DNA of 64,000 bases from positions 40,355-104,354 of the forward strand of contig DAOWGI010000002.1 of NCBI GenBank assembly GCA_030637655.1, written 5' to 3'. Numbering within the stretch: the stretch's first letter is position 1; each line of letters starts with the position of its first letter. Positions 50,708-61,600 of the stretch are shown in pieces. The notes beneath the pieces are model-generated. The model saw only the letters and a list, made by a program, of their open reading frames with translations, had not been told where the DNA came from and made no database searches. The stretch comes from a candidate division FCPU426 bacterium (GTDB lineage: Bacteria > Oederibacteriota > JAAXVQ01 > JAUVAV01). The position numbers and the translations under genes are program-made.

Positions 50708-51634
50708 TTATTTGCTTAAAGAGAACCAGCGTTTCCACCAGGGCTGTCTGGCACGCAAGGCTTTTTGTATAACCGGGAGAGCCTGTTCAGCAGCTTGTTC
50801 ACCGGCTGCGATGATTTCCTGAGCAGCATCAAAGGCGTACCACTCGTAGGTCATATTATCTACGGAAATGACAGCCTGAGTTTCTTTTAAATACTGGTCG
50901 CGCAGTGTTTTTCCGGTGATTTGATCAGCCCTAAGCCAGATTTCAATACCGGTTCGGTATAATTTGGTGGTGGAGATAAAAGGAGAAACATCAATAGCAA
51001 TAACGAAATTGGCTCCCATGCCAAATGTTTCCTGGACAGGAACCAGAGATACAATAGCGCCATCCACCAGCTGCATGTTTTTGAATTCCACCGGTGGAAA
51101 TACTCCGGGAATGGCTGCTGAAGCCTGGGTAGCTTGTTGGATGGATCCTTCCCGGAAAAGATGGGGTTTTCCTTGTAAAAGATCAGCAGCCACAGCGCCA
51201 AAGGGTAAGGCTAAGTCTTCGATATTTCCTTTTGGCAACAGCAGGGAAAGGAGTGTTTTTACTTTTTCCTCCGCAATAATATGATCTTTGGTGAGCACGG
51301 AAGTCAACATATAGATGCGTGAGAGATGTTCCAGGGTTTTTTGCAGGTTGCGTTTGATGAGTTCTTTGGATTTTTCTTGTTGGAATTTGCCTAAACCCAG
51401 ATCAGCCATTTTGGGACTTTTTAATTGCTGGATGACCTTTTCAGCGGTAACTTGAGCATTACGATAGTGACAGTACAAAGCGCCGATGATAGACCCCATG
51501 GAGGTGCCAACCACCACATCGGGGATAATATTAGCCTGCTCCATAACCTTGAGCACACCCACATGAGCCAAGCCGCGGGCTCCGCCTCCGCCTAAAGCCA
51601 AGCCAATGCGGAGTTTTTTATTTCTGTTGGCCAT
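50708..51634 (-). CDS. Patatin-like phospholipase
   Basis: LGGGGARG.AH.G, GTSMG, SAAIPGVFPP, VDGA. Confidence 0.93.
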   Translation of the reverse strand: MANRNKKLRIGLALGGGGARGLAHVGVLKVMEQANIIPDVVVGTSMGSIIGALYCHYRNAQVTAEKVIQQLKSPKMADLGLGKFQQEKSKELIKRNLQKTLEHLSRIYMLTSVLTKDHIIAEEKVKTLLSLLLPKGNIEDLALPFGAVAADLLQGKPHLFREGSIQQATQASAAIPGVFPPVEFKNMQLVDGAIVSLVPVQETFGMGANFVIAIDVSPFISTTKLYRTGIEIWLRADQITGKTLRDQYLKETQAVISVDNMTYEWYAFDAAQEIIAAGEQAAEQALPVIQKALRARQPWWKRWFSLSK

Positions 51635-51672
51635 CGTCACTGCGTGCTCCTTCCTTGGGTATGCCAAATTAT

Positions 51673-51698
51673 GTAATATGTCAGTGAAGCGCGAAAAA
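51673..51698. repeat. Solo family B MITE end
   Basis: gtaatatgtcagtgaagcgcgaaaaa matches the reverse complement of 30603-30628. Confidence 0.7.
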
Positions 51699-51699
51699 T

Positions 51700-52980
51700 T
51701 TATATACTTACCCGGTTGCGCCCTTTATTTTTGGCTTTATATAGGGCTTGATCGGATTTTTCCAGCAGCGTATCCGTGGAGACGATGTTTTTGGAAGGAT
51801 AGGCGGCAACCCCCATACTGACTGTGAGATCCTTGCCGGGCTGTTTTTCTTCCATGGGGAAAATATGGTTTTTTATGCGTAAACGAAGACTTTCCGCCAA
51901 TTTAACCGCTTCTTCCCGTGTGGTTTCAGGGAGCATAATTATGAATTCCTCACCGCCAAAGCGCGCCACCATATCCGTTTCGCGGATGGATTCCTTGAGA
52001 ATGTTGGAGAGTTCTTTTAATAATAAATCTCCCATAGGATGACCATTCGTATCGTTATAATGCTTGAAGTGGTCAATGTCAATCATTACCAAGGATAGGT
52101 GGCGATGGTAGCGTTCCGCACGTTTCATTTCTTCGTTAATCGCATGCTTGAAATGGCGGAAATTGAATAGCTGGGTTTTCTCATCCATAATGGTCAGGGC
52201 AGTGAGTTTTTGGCGATCATGTTTGATATTTTTGGCCATTTCATTGAAGGCGCCGGACAATTCGCCGATTTCATCCTGGGAAACTACTGGTACTTGGGCA
52301 GCGAAATTTCCTCCGGAAAATTTACGCACTCCGTCCATCAGACGCTTGATGGGCATAATAATATTTTGGTTTAAGATGAAAACCAGCAAAGCTGAGGTAA
52401 AGGTGACCAGTAGGATAACACCCACGCTCAAACGTTGATTAAAACGTTTGAGGTTTTTGGCCTGTTCCAAACGTTCTTCCAAACGCCCGACATTCAGCAC
52501 AATAAGCTGGTCCAAATTTTTAACAATGTCTTCTACCACGCTTTCCTGAGACCGTAGGTGTTGTTGTAGTTCAATATCAATCAGGCCTTGTTCAAAGCGT
52601 TTGATCTGATTTTTGATTTGCCGGGTATAAGTTCGATGCAGTTTTTGAATGGCAAGAATTAATTTTTTTTCCAGTTCGCGAACTAAATTTCGCTTGATTT
52701 CTATAAAAACACCTTTAAATTCACGCTGCGCCCGGTAAATGGTATTTCTCCAGGAGGGATTACGGGTCAGTTGGTATTTAGAAAGAGCCCAATCCGTATG
52801 CAGTAAATGCTGGAGCATTTTTTGGGCATTGAGTATATTTTTCATATCCTCATTAATAATCATATTGGTAAGTTTTGTAATGCGGGTACTGTTGCTGTAA
52901 ATCATAAAAATTGCGCTGCCGGAAACGAGAATAACCAAAAGGAAGGCCAAAAGAATTTTTTGGCGAATATTCAGACCCAT
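51700..52980 (-). CDS. Membrane diguanylate cyclase (four-helix sensor, HAMP, GGDEF domain)
   Basis: Two TM segments, DEIGEL..AFN, DIDHFK.YND..GH, RETD I-site, RFGGEEF. Confidence 0.95.
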   Translation of the reverse strand: MGLNIRQKILLAFLLVILVSGSAIFMIYSNSTRITKLTNMIINEDMKNILNAQKMLQHLLHTDWALSKYQLTRNPSWRNTIYRAQREFKGVFIEIKRNLVRELEKKLILAIQKLHRTYTRQIKNQIKRFEQGLIDIELQQHLRSQESVVEDIVKNLDQLIVLNVGRLEERLEQAKNLKRFNQRLSVGVILLVTFTSALLVFILNQNIIMPIKRLMDGVRKFSGGNFAAQVPVVSQDEIGELSGAFNEMAKNIKHDRQKLTALTIMDEKTQLFNFRHFKHAINEEMKRAERYHRHLSLVMIDIDHFKHYNDTNGHPMGDLLLKELSNILKESIRETDMVARFGGEEFIIMLPETTREEAVKLAESLRLRIKNHIFPMEEKQPGKDLTVSMGVAAYPSKNIVSTDTLLEKSDQALYKAKNKGRNRVSI

Positions 52981-53325
52981 ACAAAATCCTCCGTAAAAAG
53001 ATATTTTTCATTGTAAAAGAGCAGAGTCACAAGAGCAAGTGTTTTTACGAAGCAAAAACGCAGTGCAGGTGAACAATGGGCAGTGCAAAATAGGCCAGGG
53101 CATCCTTGGCCTAAAATACTACGGTTTTCGCCCTGAAAAGTCCACAATTGCATAATATTATGTTGCTTCTGTAAAAAAAAGGGCGGCAAAATTCCCATCA
53201 GTGCACAAAAAAATAAACGATTTCAAGTTTATTTCAAGTTATATTAGCCGATACTTAAACTATTAAAAGAAATAACGAGATATTGAAAACCTGATTTATT
53301 GAGTGAAGTAATATGAAAGGTTAGA

Positions 53326-54468
53326 ATGCGTAAAATTTTGGTTGTGGATGATGAATGCTTGCTTTTATCTATTGTGAGTCGCATGCTTTCCAAAGATGGC
53401 TATGAGGTGGACCAAGCGACTAATATGGCAGAAGCCAGGAATAAAATATCCGTCAATAATTATATCGTAATAATAACGGATATGAATATGCCGGATACTC
53501 AAGGCAGTCAGATTGTTAAAACCCTTAAACAGATCAAATCAAATATAGAGATTATTGTAATAACCGAATACGGGACACTGGACAAAGCAGTGGATTGCCT
53601 GCGGGCCGGCGCCGTTGATTTTATTGTTAAACCAATCAAACGAAAACAGCTTCAAGATGCGGTAGTCAAGACTATTCAAAAGAAAGAAATATCCCATGAA
53701 AATATATTGCTGCGCGGTTTGAATGAGATGAAGGATAAATTTTTAACCCTGGTTTCGCATGAACTACGTACACCGCTGACGCTTATTTTTGGATATTTAA
53801 CGATTCTCCAGCGGCAGAGTTTTAATTTTTCCGAAGAACAAATGAGTCTGCTCAATATAATTATGAAGTCCAGTAAAAAACTCATTGATTTGGTGAACAA
53901 CATACAAACCATAACGCAAGCGGGTTCCGGAGAAATTAACCTGCATCTACAGTCCATTCACCCGAATAAATTGATCTCGGATGTTTTGTCGGAAATTAAA
54001 ACTTCGCTTCTTGACCGGAAACTAAACATTCATCTGGATAAAGAAGTGGAGCTTGAATTATTTGACGGCGATCGGATACGTTTGTATCAATGTATCTCTG
54101 AATTGGTGCAAAATGCGGTTCGCAATACCAAGGACGGGGGAGAGATCATCCTGGGTGCGCGAAAAGAAGGAGAGTATATCGTTTTTTATGTAAAGGACAA
54201 TGGTATTGGCATTCCGGAAGAAGAACAGGGGAAAATATTTGAACCGTTTTATGAGATTGCGGATGTTGAGTTGCATACCACCAGCCGTTCTAGATTTGGC
54301 GGAGGCGGAATGGGTATCGGCCTGCCGCTGGTCAAACGGGTGGCGGAAGCGCATAGCGGCACGATATGTTTTGATTCGAAATCCGGGGAAGGTACCTGTG
54401 TCGAGATTTTGTTGCCTGTTGGCCGGAAATCGGTTGCAAACGGATTTGAAGATAAACTGGGAGATTAA
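53326..54468 (+). CDS. Hybrid response-regulator/sensor histidine kinase
   Basis: REC domain (VVDD, TDMNMP, KP), SHELRTPL, DNGIGI, GGMGIGL. Confidence 0.95.
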   Translation: MRKILVVDDECLLLSIVSRMLSKDGYEVDQATNMAEARNKISVNNYIVIITDMNMPDTQGSQIVKTLKQIKSNIEIIVITEYGTLDKAVDCLRAGAVDFIVKPIKRKQLQDAVVKTIQKKEISHENILLRGLNEMKDKFLTLVSHELRTPLTLIFGYLTILQRQSFNFSEEQMSLLNIIMKSSKKLIDLVNNIQTITQAGSGEINLHLQSIHPNKLISDVLSEIKTSLLDRKLNIHLDKEVELELFDGDRIRLYQCISELVQNAVRNTKDGGEIILGARKEGEYIVFYVKDNGIGIPEEEQGKIFEPFYEIADVELHTTSRSRFGGGGMGIGLPLVKRVAEAHSGTICFDSKSGEGTCVEILLPVGRKSVANGFEDKLGD

Positions 54469-54473
54469 ATCGT

Positions 54474-54503
54474 TGTAGAGACGCGATTAATCGCGTCTCT
54501 ACA
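54474..54503. repeat. GTAG REP-like perfect palindrome
   Basis: Identical to 9247-9276. Confidence 0.9.
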
Positions 54504-54598
54504 ATACATAAGGTGAATTTCGGTAAACCATATCTATTTGTTTTTCGATTTCAGCCATGCTACAATCCTCGCAAATTGTATGTTTTGGAAAGGAAATT

Positions 54599-55273
54599 AT
54601 GGATGAAACCAGGCTGGAAAAAATTACTCTGAATACAATCGCTGCTGTTATTTTTGATATGGATGGCGTGATTATTAATGGCATGCCGTATCATGCGCAG
54701 GCCTGGAAAGAGACTTTTCAGGCTGTGGGATTGCACATTACATTGGAAGAGGTATATGAGCGGGAAGGTGAAGCCGGTACGGCGGCAGTGGCGCATTTTT
54801 TAAAAGAACGCGACGTTAATGCTTCGTTATCAGAAGTGGAAGCGCTTATTTGTAAAAAAGAGACCCGGTACAAAGAGATCGTGCAAGTAGAAGTGTTTGA
54901 GGGTGCGTCGGAATTACTGGTAGAACTCCAGACACGAGGGAAACGTTTGGCTTTGGTTACCGGGACCGCCCGACATGAGCTTGAAATCAGCTTGCCTCAA
55001 GAGATTAAAGCCAAGTTTGAGATTATTATTACCGGAGATGCGGTAGAAAAAGGGAAACCGGATCCGGAACCGTATCAACGCGCTTTGAGTGCCTTGCGGT
55101 TGACGCCGGAACAAGCCATAGTGATTGAGAACGCGCCTTTGGGTATACAATCTGCCAGGGCTGCCGGGCTTCGCTGTTTGGCAGTGGAAACCTCTTTGGC
55201 CTGCGAGCGCTTATCCGGCGCTGAGCTGTGTTTTCCTAATATTTCTGTTTTATCTGAGTATTTATTGTCCTAG
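54599..55273 (+). CDS. HAD-superfamily phosphatase (beta-PGM/YcjU-like)
   Basis: FDMDGV, VTG, GKPDPEPY, IENAPLGI.SA..AG. Confidence 0.93.
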   Translation: MDETRLEKITLNTIAAVIFDMDGVIINGMPYHAQAWKETFQAVGLHITLEEVYEREGEAGTAAVAHFLKERDVNASLSEVEALICKKETRYKEIVQVEVFEGASELLVELQTRGKRLALVTGTARHELEISLPQEIKAKFEIIITGDAVEKGKPDPEPYQRALSALRLTPEQAIVIENAPLGIQSARAAGLRCLAVETSLACERLSGAELCFPNISVLSEYLLS

Positions 55274-55552
55274 CATTTACGCATTCTAAGTGTTTGTAAT
55301 GAAGCTACCTCTATAACCCGCTTGTTGATCATAACCAGATCAAGGATGTTCTCTAAAATCTCTTTTTATAGGTAATCGATACTATATATTTTTGCTGTGC
55401 TTCCTTGGTAAAAAAAAGTACAAGCTATAAAGTTTGCATATTTATAGCTCTATTCTGAAGAAAAATTAATTTGCAAAAAATCAAAAGTGTTTCAAATTAA
55501 AACACAAATAATAATAAATAATAAAAACAAGAATAAAATATTAACCGAATAT

Positions 55553-55580
55553 TTGCGCTATCTGATTATTATGCTATAAT
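55553..55580 (+). promoter_or_regulatory. Putative promoter of giant gene 2 in an AT-rich leader
   Basis: TTGCGC...TGcTATAAT (extended -10). Confidence 0.45.
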
Positions 55581-55621
55581 ATATGTATATATTTAATTTA
55601 TATTTTTAATACGGGGATCAG

Positions 55622-58600
55622 ATGCGAATGCGGTTACCAATATCCATTTCATTTTGGCAGTGTCATTCACAGCGTTTTGGGTTAAAGGTGATGGCATTGC
55701 TAATCGCGTTCTCATTTATTTTTCCGTATCTCACCTGGGCCTTTGAACCACAAAGCTATACCATTCAAAAAACCGGCCAAATCTCAATTCATCATCTGGG
55801 CAAAACCCTGAGTTTGCCTGAAAAACTGGGGACCATACACAAAGGGTATCAAGGCGACAAACAATTGATCGTCCATATCCAGGATCTGCACTGTCACTAT
55901 GAAGTTCAAAAAAACATTGCCAATATCATTCACCATTTGGCCCAAGAGTACGAACTGCGTCTGGTAGGCGAAGAGGGCGCTTTTGCTTGTGTGAATACCA
56001 CCAAGCTCAGAACTTTTCCCATGCAGGAGGTGAAAGTACAAGTAGCTGATTACTTTGTCCGCCAGGGCAAACTCACTGGCGCGGAATTTTATGCCGGAAC
56101 CGGCGAGCACCCGGTGAATCTATGCGGTATTGAAACCCCGGACCTGTATCTGCGCAGCGAGAAAGCGGTGCGATCTTTTCTCAATCAAGAGACCCTGGGA
56201 TATTGCTATGATATCCGCGAACAATTGGAAGAATTAAAAAGCGAACTCTACTCGCCGGCTTTGAAACGCTTTGATCAAAAGCGAACCTTGTACCGGCAAA
56301 GTAAAATGGAATTATTGGCGTATTGTGCTTTTTTGAAAAAAACCGGTACTCGCCTGAAAGTCCCGTTTTCCGCCTATCCGGCCTTAAAGCGTTTTTTGCA
56401 AATACAGTCACCTGTGTTTACCCGAAAAATAGATTCAGATCAATTGTTCCAGGAAGCGGATGACCTGGATGCTTCCATCCGCCGCAGATTATATACCACA
56501 GAGGTGGAACGCGAACTGGATGACATGCTGTATCGTTTGGACATCATGGAAAAATTGCTGAATATTTCAGTGACCACTGCCGAGTTGCGCGAATTCCGCA
56601 GTTTACGTTCAGCTTTTTATATCCGGCAATTTGTTGCTTTCATTGAACGTAATGTGCCGGACAATGAGTACCTGCTGGATCACGGGGTGTATCAACTCGA
56701 TAATCATCTCAAGACTGTGGAAGATTTCTATCAAATGGCGGAAGAACGCAGCGTTCATTTTGTGGATAACCTGCAGCGCAAAATGGAGCGTGAAAACCAA
56801 AAGATCGCGGTCATGATTTCCGGCGGGTTTCATACCCGGGAAGTACTGGCTGAAATTGAACGCCAAGGAATATCCTATGTTTCCATCAAACCCCGCTTTA
56901 TTCGGCAGGATCTGGTAAATCCCTATTTTCAATTATTGCAGAACCGATACACACCTTTGGAAAAATTGCTGGTCAAAAATCAAAATATCCTGGCTTTGCG
57001 AACCTCTTGCAGTGATGGAAACTTTTCTCCGGAACAGATTGTGCGGTCTGCGCAGCTGACTGAGCCGCACCAAATTTTTTTTAACGACTCGACCGAATTG
57101 CTGTTGGAAAACGTGGCTGTGCTCACTTTGAAAACCCAAGGTCTGACCAATGAGCAAGTGGTGCCAGAACTAATTGCTGTGTTGGAGAGCTATGCCGCCA
57201 ATGAGCCGGATATTGGTGTGCAGCTGGCTCCGGCGTTTGTGGCGGAAAATGCCGAGCTCTTACCGGAAATTGGCAAGGATTTGGCAGTGGTAATTATTCC
57301 GACCAGCGCAACGGACAGCCGGGGCACTCAGATTAAGACCGTGGCAGTCTGGGATAAACACTTGAATGTGCCAATGGACTTGGCAGGCATTATTCCGCAA
57401 ATCGATATAGCCGGCAACCGGTTCCTGTTTTACCCGGCAGAGCGCGTTCCGGAGGTAGTGGCTGACTTAGTGAAAAGACAGTCTGCGCGTTTTAATCCCG
57501 GCCGCGTTGCGCGCCGGATGTTAAAGGATTGGCAGCAGTATGCGCAAGCCTTGGGTTTACTGGCTGTCAAGGCAGCGCGCTTCTGGGCATCCCATTGGCG
57601 TGTGCTGCGTGGCCGTATGGCTGCCTACTTTCAACCAGTGCCGCAACCTGTGCGCGCCGGTCTGATTGGTAAATATATAGTTCTCTCTGAACCGGAGTAT
57701 GACGCTAAACGCGGGGTGGTCTTTTTTAAAGGATATCATATTAAGAAAAAAGAAGTCAAAAACATAGAGATCAAAGCCCATTTGGTGTATGAAGATGTTG
57801 AGGAATTTCTAGCTGCTAAACTTTCTGTTTTTGCTGAATGGGAACAAAAACAGGAAAAATTATCCGGTCGGAAAGCGCATAAGATTTTACCTAAAGTACA
57901 GGAATGGATCAAGGATCGCGCTGCTATTGACCGGCTCTTGCTGCTGGATTCGAATAATCCGTATGGGATTCAAGGTTTGGGGACAAAAAACATGATTGCA
58001 GTGGGCACGAAGCTCCAGCATGAACCCATGGCCTGGCTGCATGAGACCCTGGAAGCCATGGGTATGGCCGGAGATATTACCGCTGAAGAGGTGCTGAGCT
58101 TTGTAGAAGATCACACCTGGTTTGATAAGAAAATGAAAGACCCAAATCGCCTGGGAATGAAATTGCATTACGCGATTATTGCTCTACAGCATGAGTTGAA
58201 TACAGCATACAATTATGATCTTTATTTCAATATCAAAGGACGGCTGTCCCGCAGAGAAATTTTTCAACAGATAAGGGAAACAGGAGTTTCTGAGAAGGCT
58301 GTTATTCAGGATTTTTATCAGCAACGCTCAACTGTAGAAACCATTGAACAAGAAAGAGAACTGCTGGCTGCTGTGATCAAAGCGCAAAAAGAGGCGGAAG
58401 CGCAAATAGACCGTCAAAAACAAAGAGCGCGCGAAACCCTGGAACTGGCCTGGGATTTTGTGAGTAATGATAAAAAACCATCATCCCATGAAACCCGGGA
58501 AAGCATGGTTCAGATGGTGTTCAATGCCCTGGATGTATTGGATCCCCAGGTTGCGGCTGATGTCTTGAGCGCGGAGATGCTGGACAATCTGTTTGCATCG

Positions 58601-61600
58601 CCTGGTAAATCCGGCTGGTCCCAAGCAATTCTGAAAAATGGAGTTTTGCAGCGCTCGCCAAAAGTTTCGGAGCGTGTACTGGTCAATGGATTTCAGAAAT
58701 TATTTGTGGATCGAACCGGAAGCCTCCAACAACGAAGAGCCTTGTGGCGCAATCTGCAAACGATTATGGATCACCGGGATACCTTGTCAAGCAGTACGCT
58801 GAAAGCTCTGAAGCATCTCTTGCGTGATGGATTGCAGGATATTTTTGCTTCTGAGGCAAGCAAGCCGGTTGATTTTTTTGAGCGTGAAACCATAATGGAT
58901 GCGTATCATTCTTTGCTGCTGCGGGATAATAACACTATCTTAAGTTTGGGTTTGGTCGGCACTTTGATAGGGAATCATGAGACCACGGATGCCAGTCTGG
59001 CTGTATTGGACATACTGCAGGAGTACTGTGAAGCGATCTCACCAGACCGGGCCAATATTATAGTTGGTAAACCCCGCTGGTTTACCAACTTACTGCTGAA
59101 AATGTATGCGGCAGCGGACAGTCCGGAAAAAAAGTGCCTCATACTTAGGCGCATCCGGAAATTTTATCCGCTTATGTCATCACCTGAAATCGAAACCATA
59201 TTATTTGATTATTTTGTCCCGCATTTGCAATTGGCTGCTGCAGAAGTACCCCGCCTGGCGCCCAAGGCCGAAGCGTTGCGTGATGAAATTGATGAGAGCA
59301 TGGAGCAGATTGAAGCTTTGGTCTTGTTACTGAGGACCTTGGCAAAGTTTTCTCAAGATGATGCAGTCTTGCAGTATTTAGTTAAGATGGCACGTTCTAA
59401 TATCTGGCACTCGCATGTTACCTCAGAGGTGGCCTCTGTTTTGGCCCGGTTTTTAGAGGATGAACATCCGGAAGTGATCCGCTTATTTACTGATCATTTG
59501 ACACCAGGTTGGCGCACTATAGAAAAGAAGCGCTTGGATGATATGCTGGCCAAAGATGTGACAGATGAAAAAATATTGCGCTGGCTGCGAACCAAACGCG
59601 GAAAAACGCGGGCCGGATTCATGGTGCTTTTACGTCATAGAAAGCGGGCAGGATTATTACAGGCCATTGTCCTGAATCAATTTAATCGCAGAACTCTAAC
59701 CTTTCCACTACTCCTGCGTTTATACGCGATAGTATTGCATGCTTCGGAGAATATTACCAAAAAGGACAAAAACACCAAAAAAGAATTTATTGAGATGTGG
59801 AGCAGTCTGGAAATGGAAGCAGGAGTGAGCCTGAGAGCTACGATTGTGGAAATGTTGAAAGATGATGCTGCTGCGCGCGATATGGTGGATAACATCTGGC
59901 TGCAGGACGAGGTTTTGAAAATTTATGTGGCAACAGACATGCTGGATACAGTCGTGGAATATCCGAGGCTGAAAAATTCGGATGATGGTTTGCGTCATCA
60001 GGTGGCCAGTTCTGATTATGCGCGCATGGCGCCGTACTTTCGAAATGCGCGTACTTCCTTTAAAATCGGGGGCCGGCTGATAAAAGCCGCGCCTGAGCCG
60101 GCGCTGTTTTTGCTGCAGGTCATTAAGCATGAATTGGGTCATGTGCTTGGGGATGCTTATATTGGCTATCATGGAAAAAATCGCGACAGCATTGATCCGA
60201 GTTTGCAAGAACATTTTGCCGATTTATTTCCGGATGAGTTCTCGCGCCGTTTTGAGCAAGATGTCACGTATTTTCGTAAACGTTTTCACTATGAGGAGCA
60301 TTTTAAGACGGTCGCAGAACACGACAATCGGGCAGATGACGAGTATATGGGCGGCCGGGCTGTTACCCAGATCATTGAAAAAGCGTTTGAGGAATCGAAC
60401 ATACCAATAACTTCGGGTGATCTGATTGAAGCGGAATTGTATGTGTTTGCCAATCTGCCGCCTAATTTATCTGTGCGTAGGTTTGTGCATTTGGTTGTGG
60501 ACCGCTATACCAAGGCCTATCATGATGAGTTGGCTGAGGATAAGGGTGTGAGATCGCTCTTGAAAAAAGCGAAGGCCGCTGATATTGAAAACCCGCTGAA
60601 AACCTTTTCCAAAAAAGGGATAAAGCTGCCGACTGTGGAGGAATTGGTGGCTCGAATTAAAGAAGCCAGTCTGGGCGGGATTATGTCATGGTTGAAAGCG
60701 CCGATAGTACGGATTTTAAAAATCCAACCCCAAACCTATGACCTCGGGGTGGCCTGGCTGGCGGAGAACAGCCTCTCGCTGACCATAGGTGGTGTGGTAT
60801 CAGTGGTTGCTGGTGTGGCTATCGGGCTGGATGTTTCGCAAATGCTCAATCTCGGGTATGTGCTGGCCTGGCCAATATTCTTTGGTCTGCATTATATCAA
60901 GGCCAACGGCGAACGCGCGCCGCCTGCTAACCGGATTTTAGCCGGTATGATCGCTATTTTCAATCTTGCACTGATGTTTACCTCCTTGCCCCTGCCCATA
61001 ATGTTTGCCGCTTCATTCATTATTCATTGGTATGTGAACCAGGTTATGTCCAGAACAGAAATATCCTTCAAACAATACTTGCGCGGTGTATTTATGCGTC
61101 CCTGGCAGGAGTTCACCATTGAAAACTTTTTTAGTCCGGGCAAATGGCTGCGTGCACATAAGAATAAAAAACCTGATGGAAAAACAGATTACTTTGAACT
61201 GATTCCGCGCCTTATCGGCATTGTCAATATGTACACCAGCATATTTACTGTGCCAATGCTGGCAGTCTATGCCATTCCAGGCCTGGGCGCGGCCCTGGGA
61301 GCCATGGGATGGGCAGCGGTTTTGGTGCCAATAACTTCTGCGGTGCCGGCCTTCCTGGGCATGCATGGTGTTTATAATGTGTTTGTCCCCTGGGCGCAGT
61401 TGTCATTGGAGCAACAACCGGATGAACCTGACGCAGAAGCGCGGAACCTGGAAGGGGAAATCAATCGCTTTAAGCGTTTGCCGGAATTCAAGCGTTTGAA
61501 CGGTGTTGTCGGATTTTCAGGTATGGGAGTGAACTTAGGACCTGAGTTTTCCGCTGCGCGACACAATTTGCTGGCCGGTCGTGTTGTTCGGAAAGTGGCG

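Noticed and set aside
50502-51698. Composite transposon carrying the patatin gene
   Set aside because: The solo end at 51673 faces away from the gene and no shared TSD brackets the interval.
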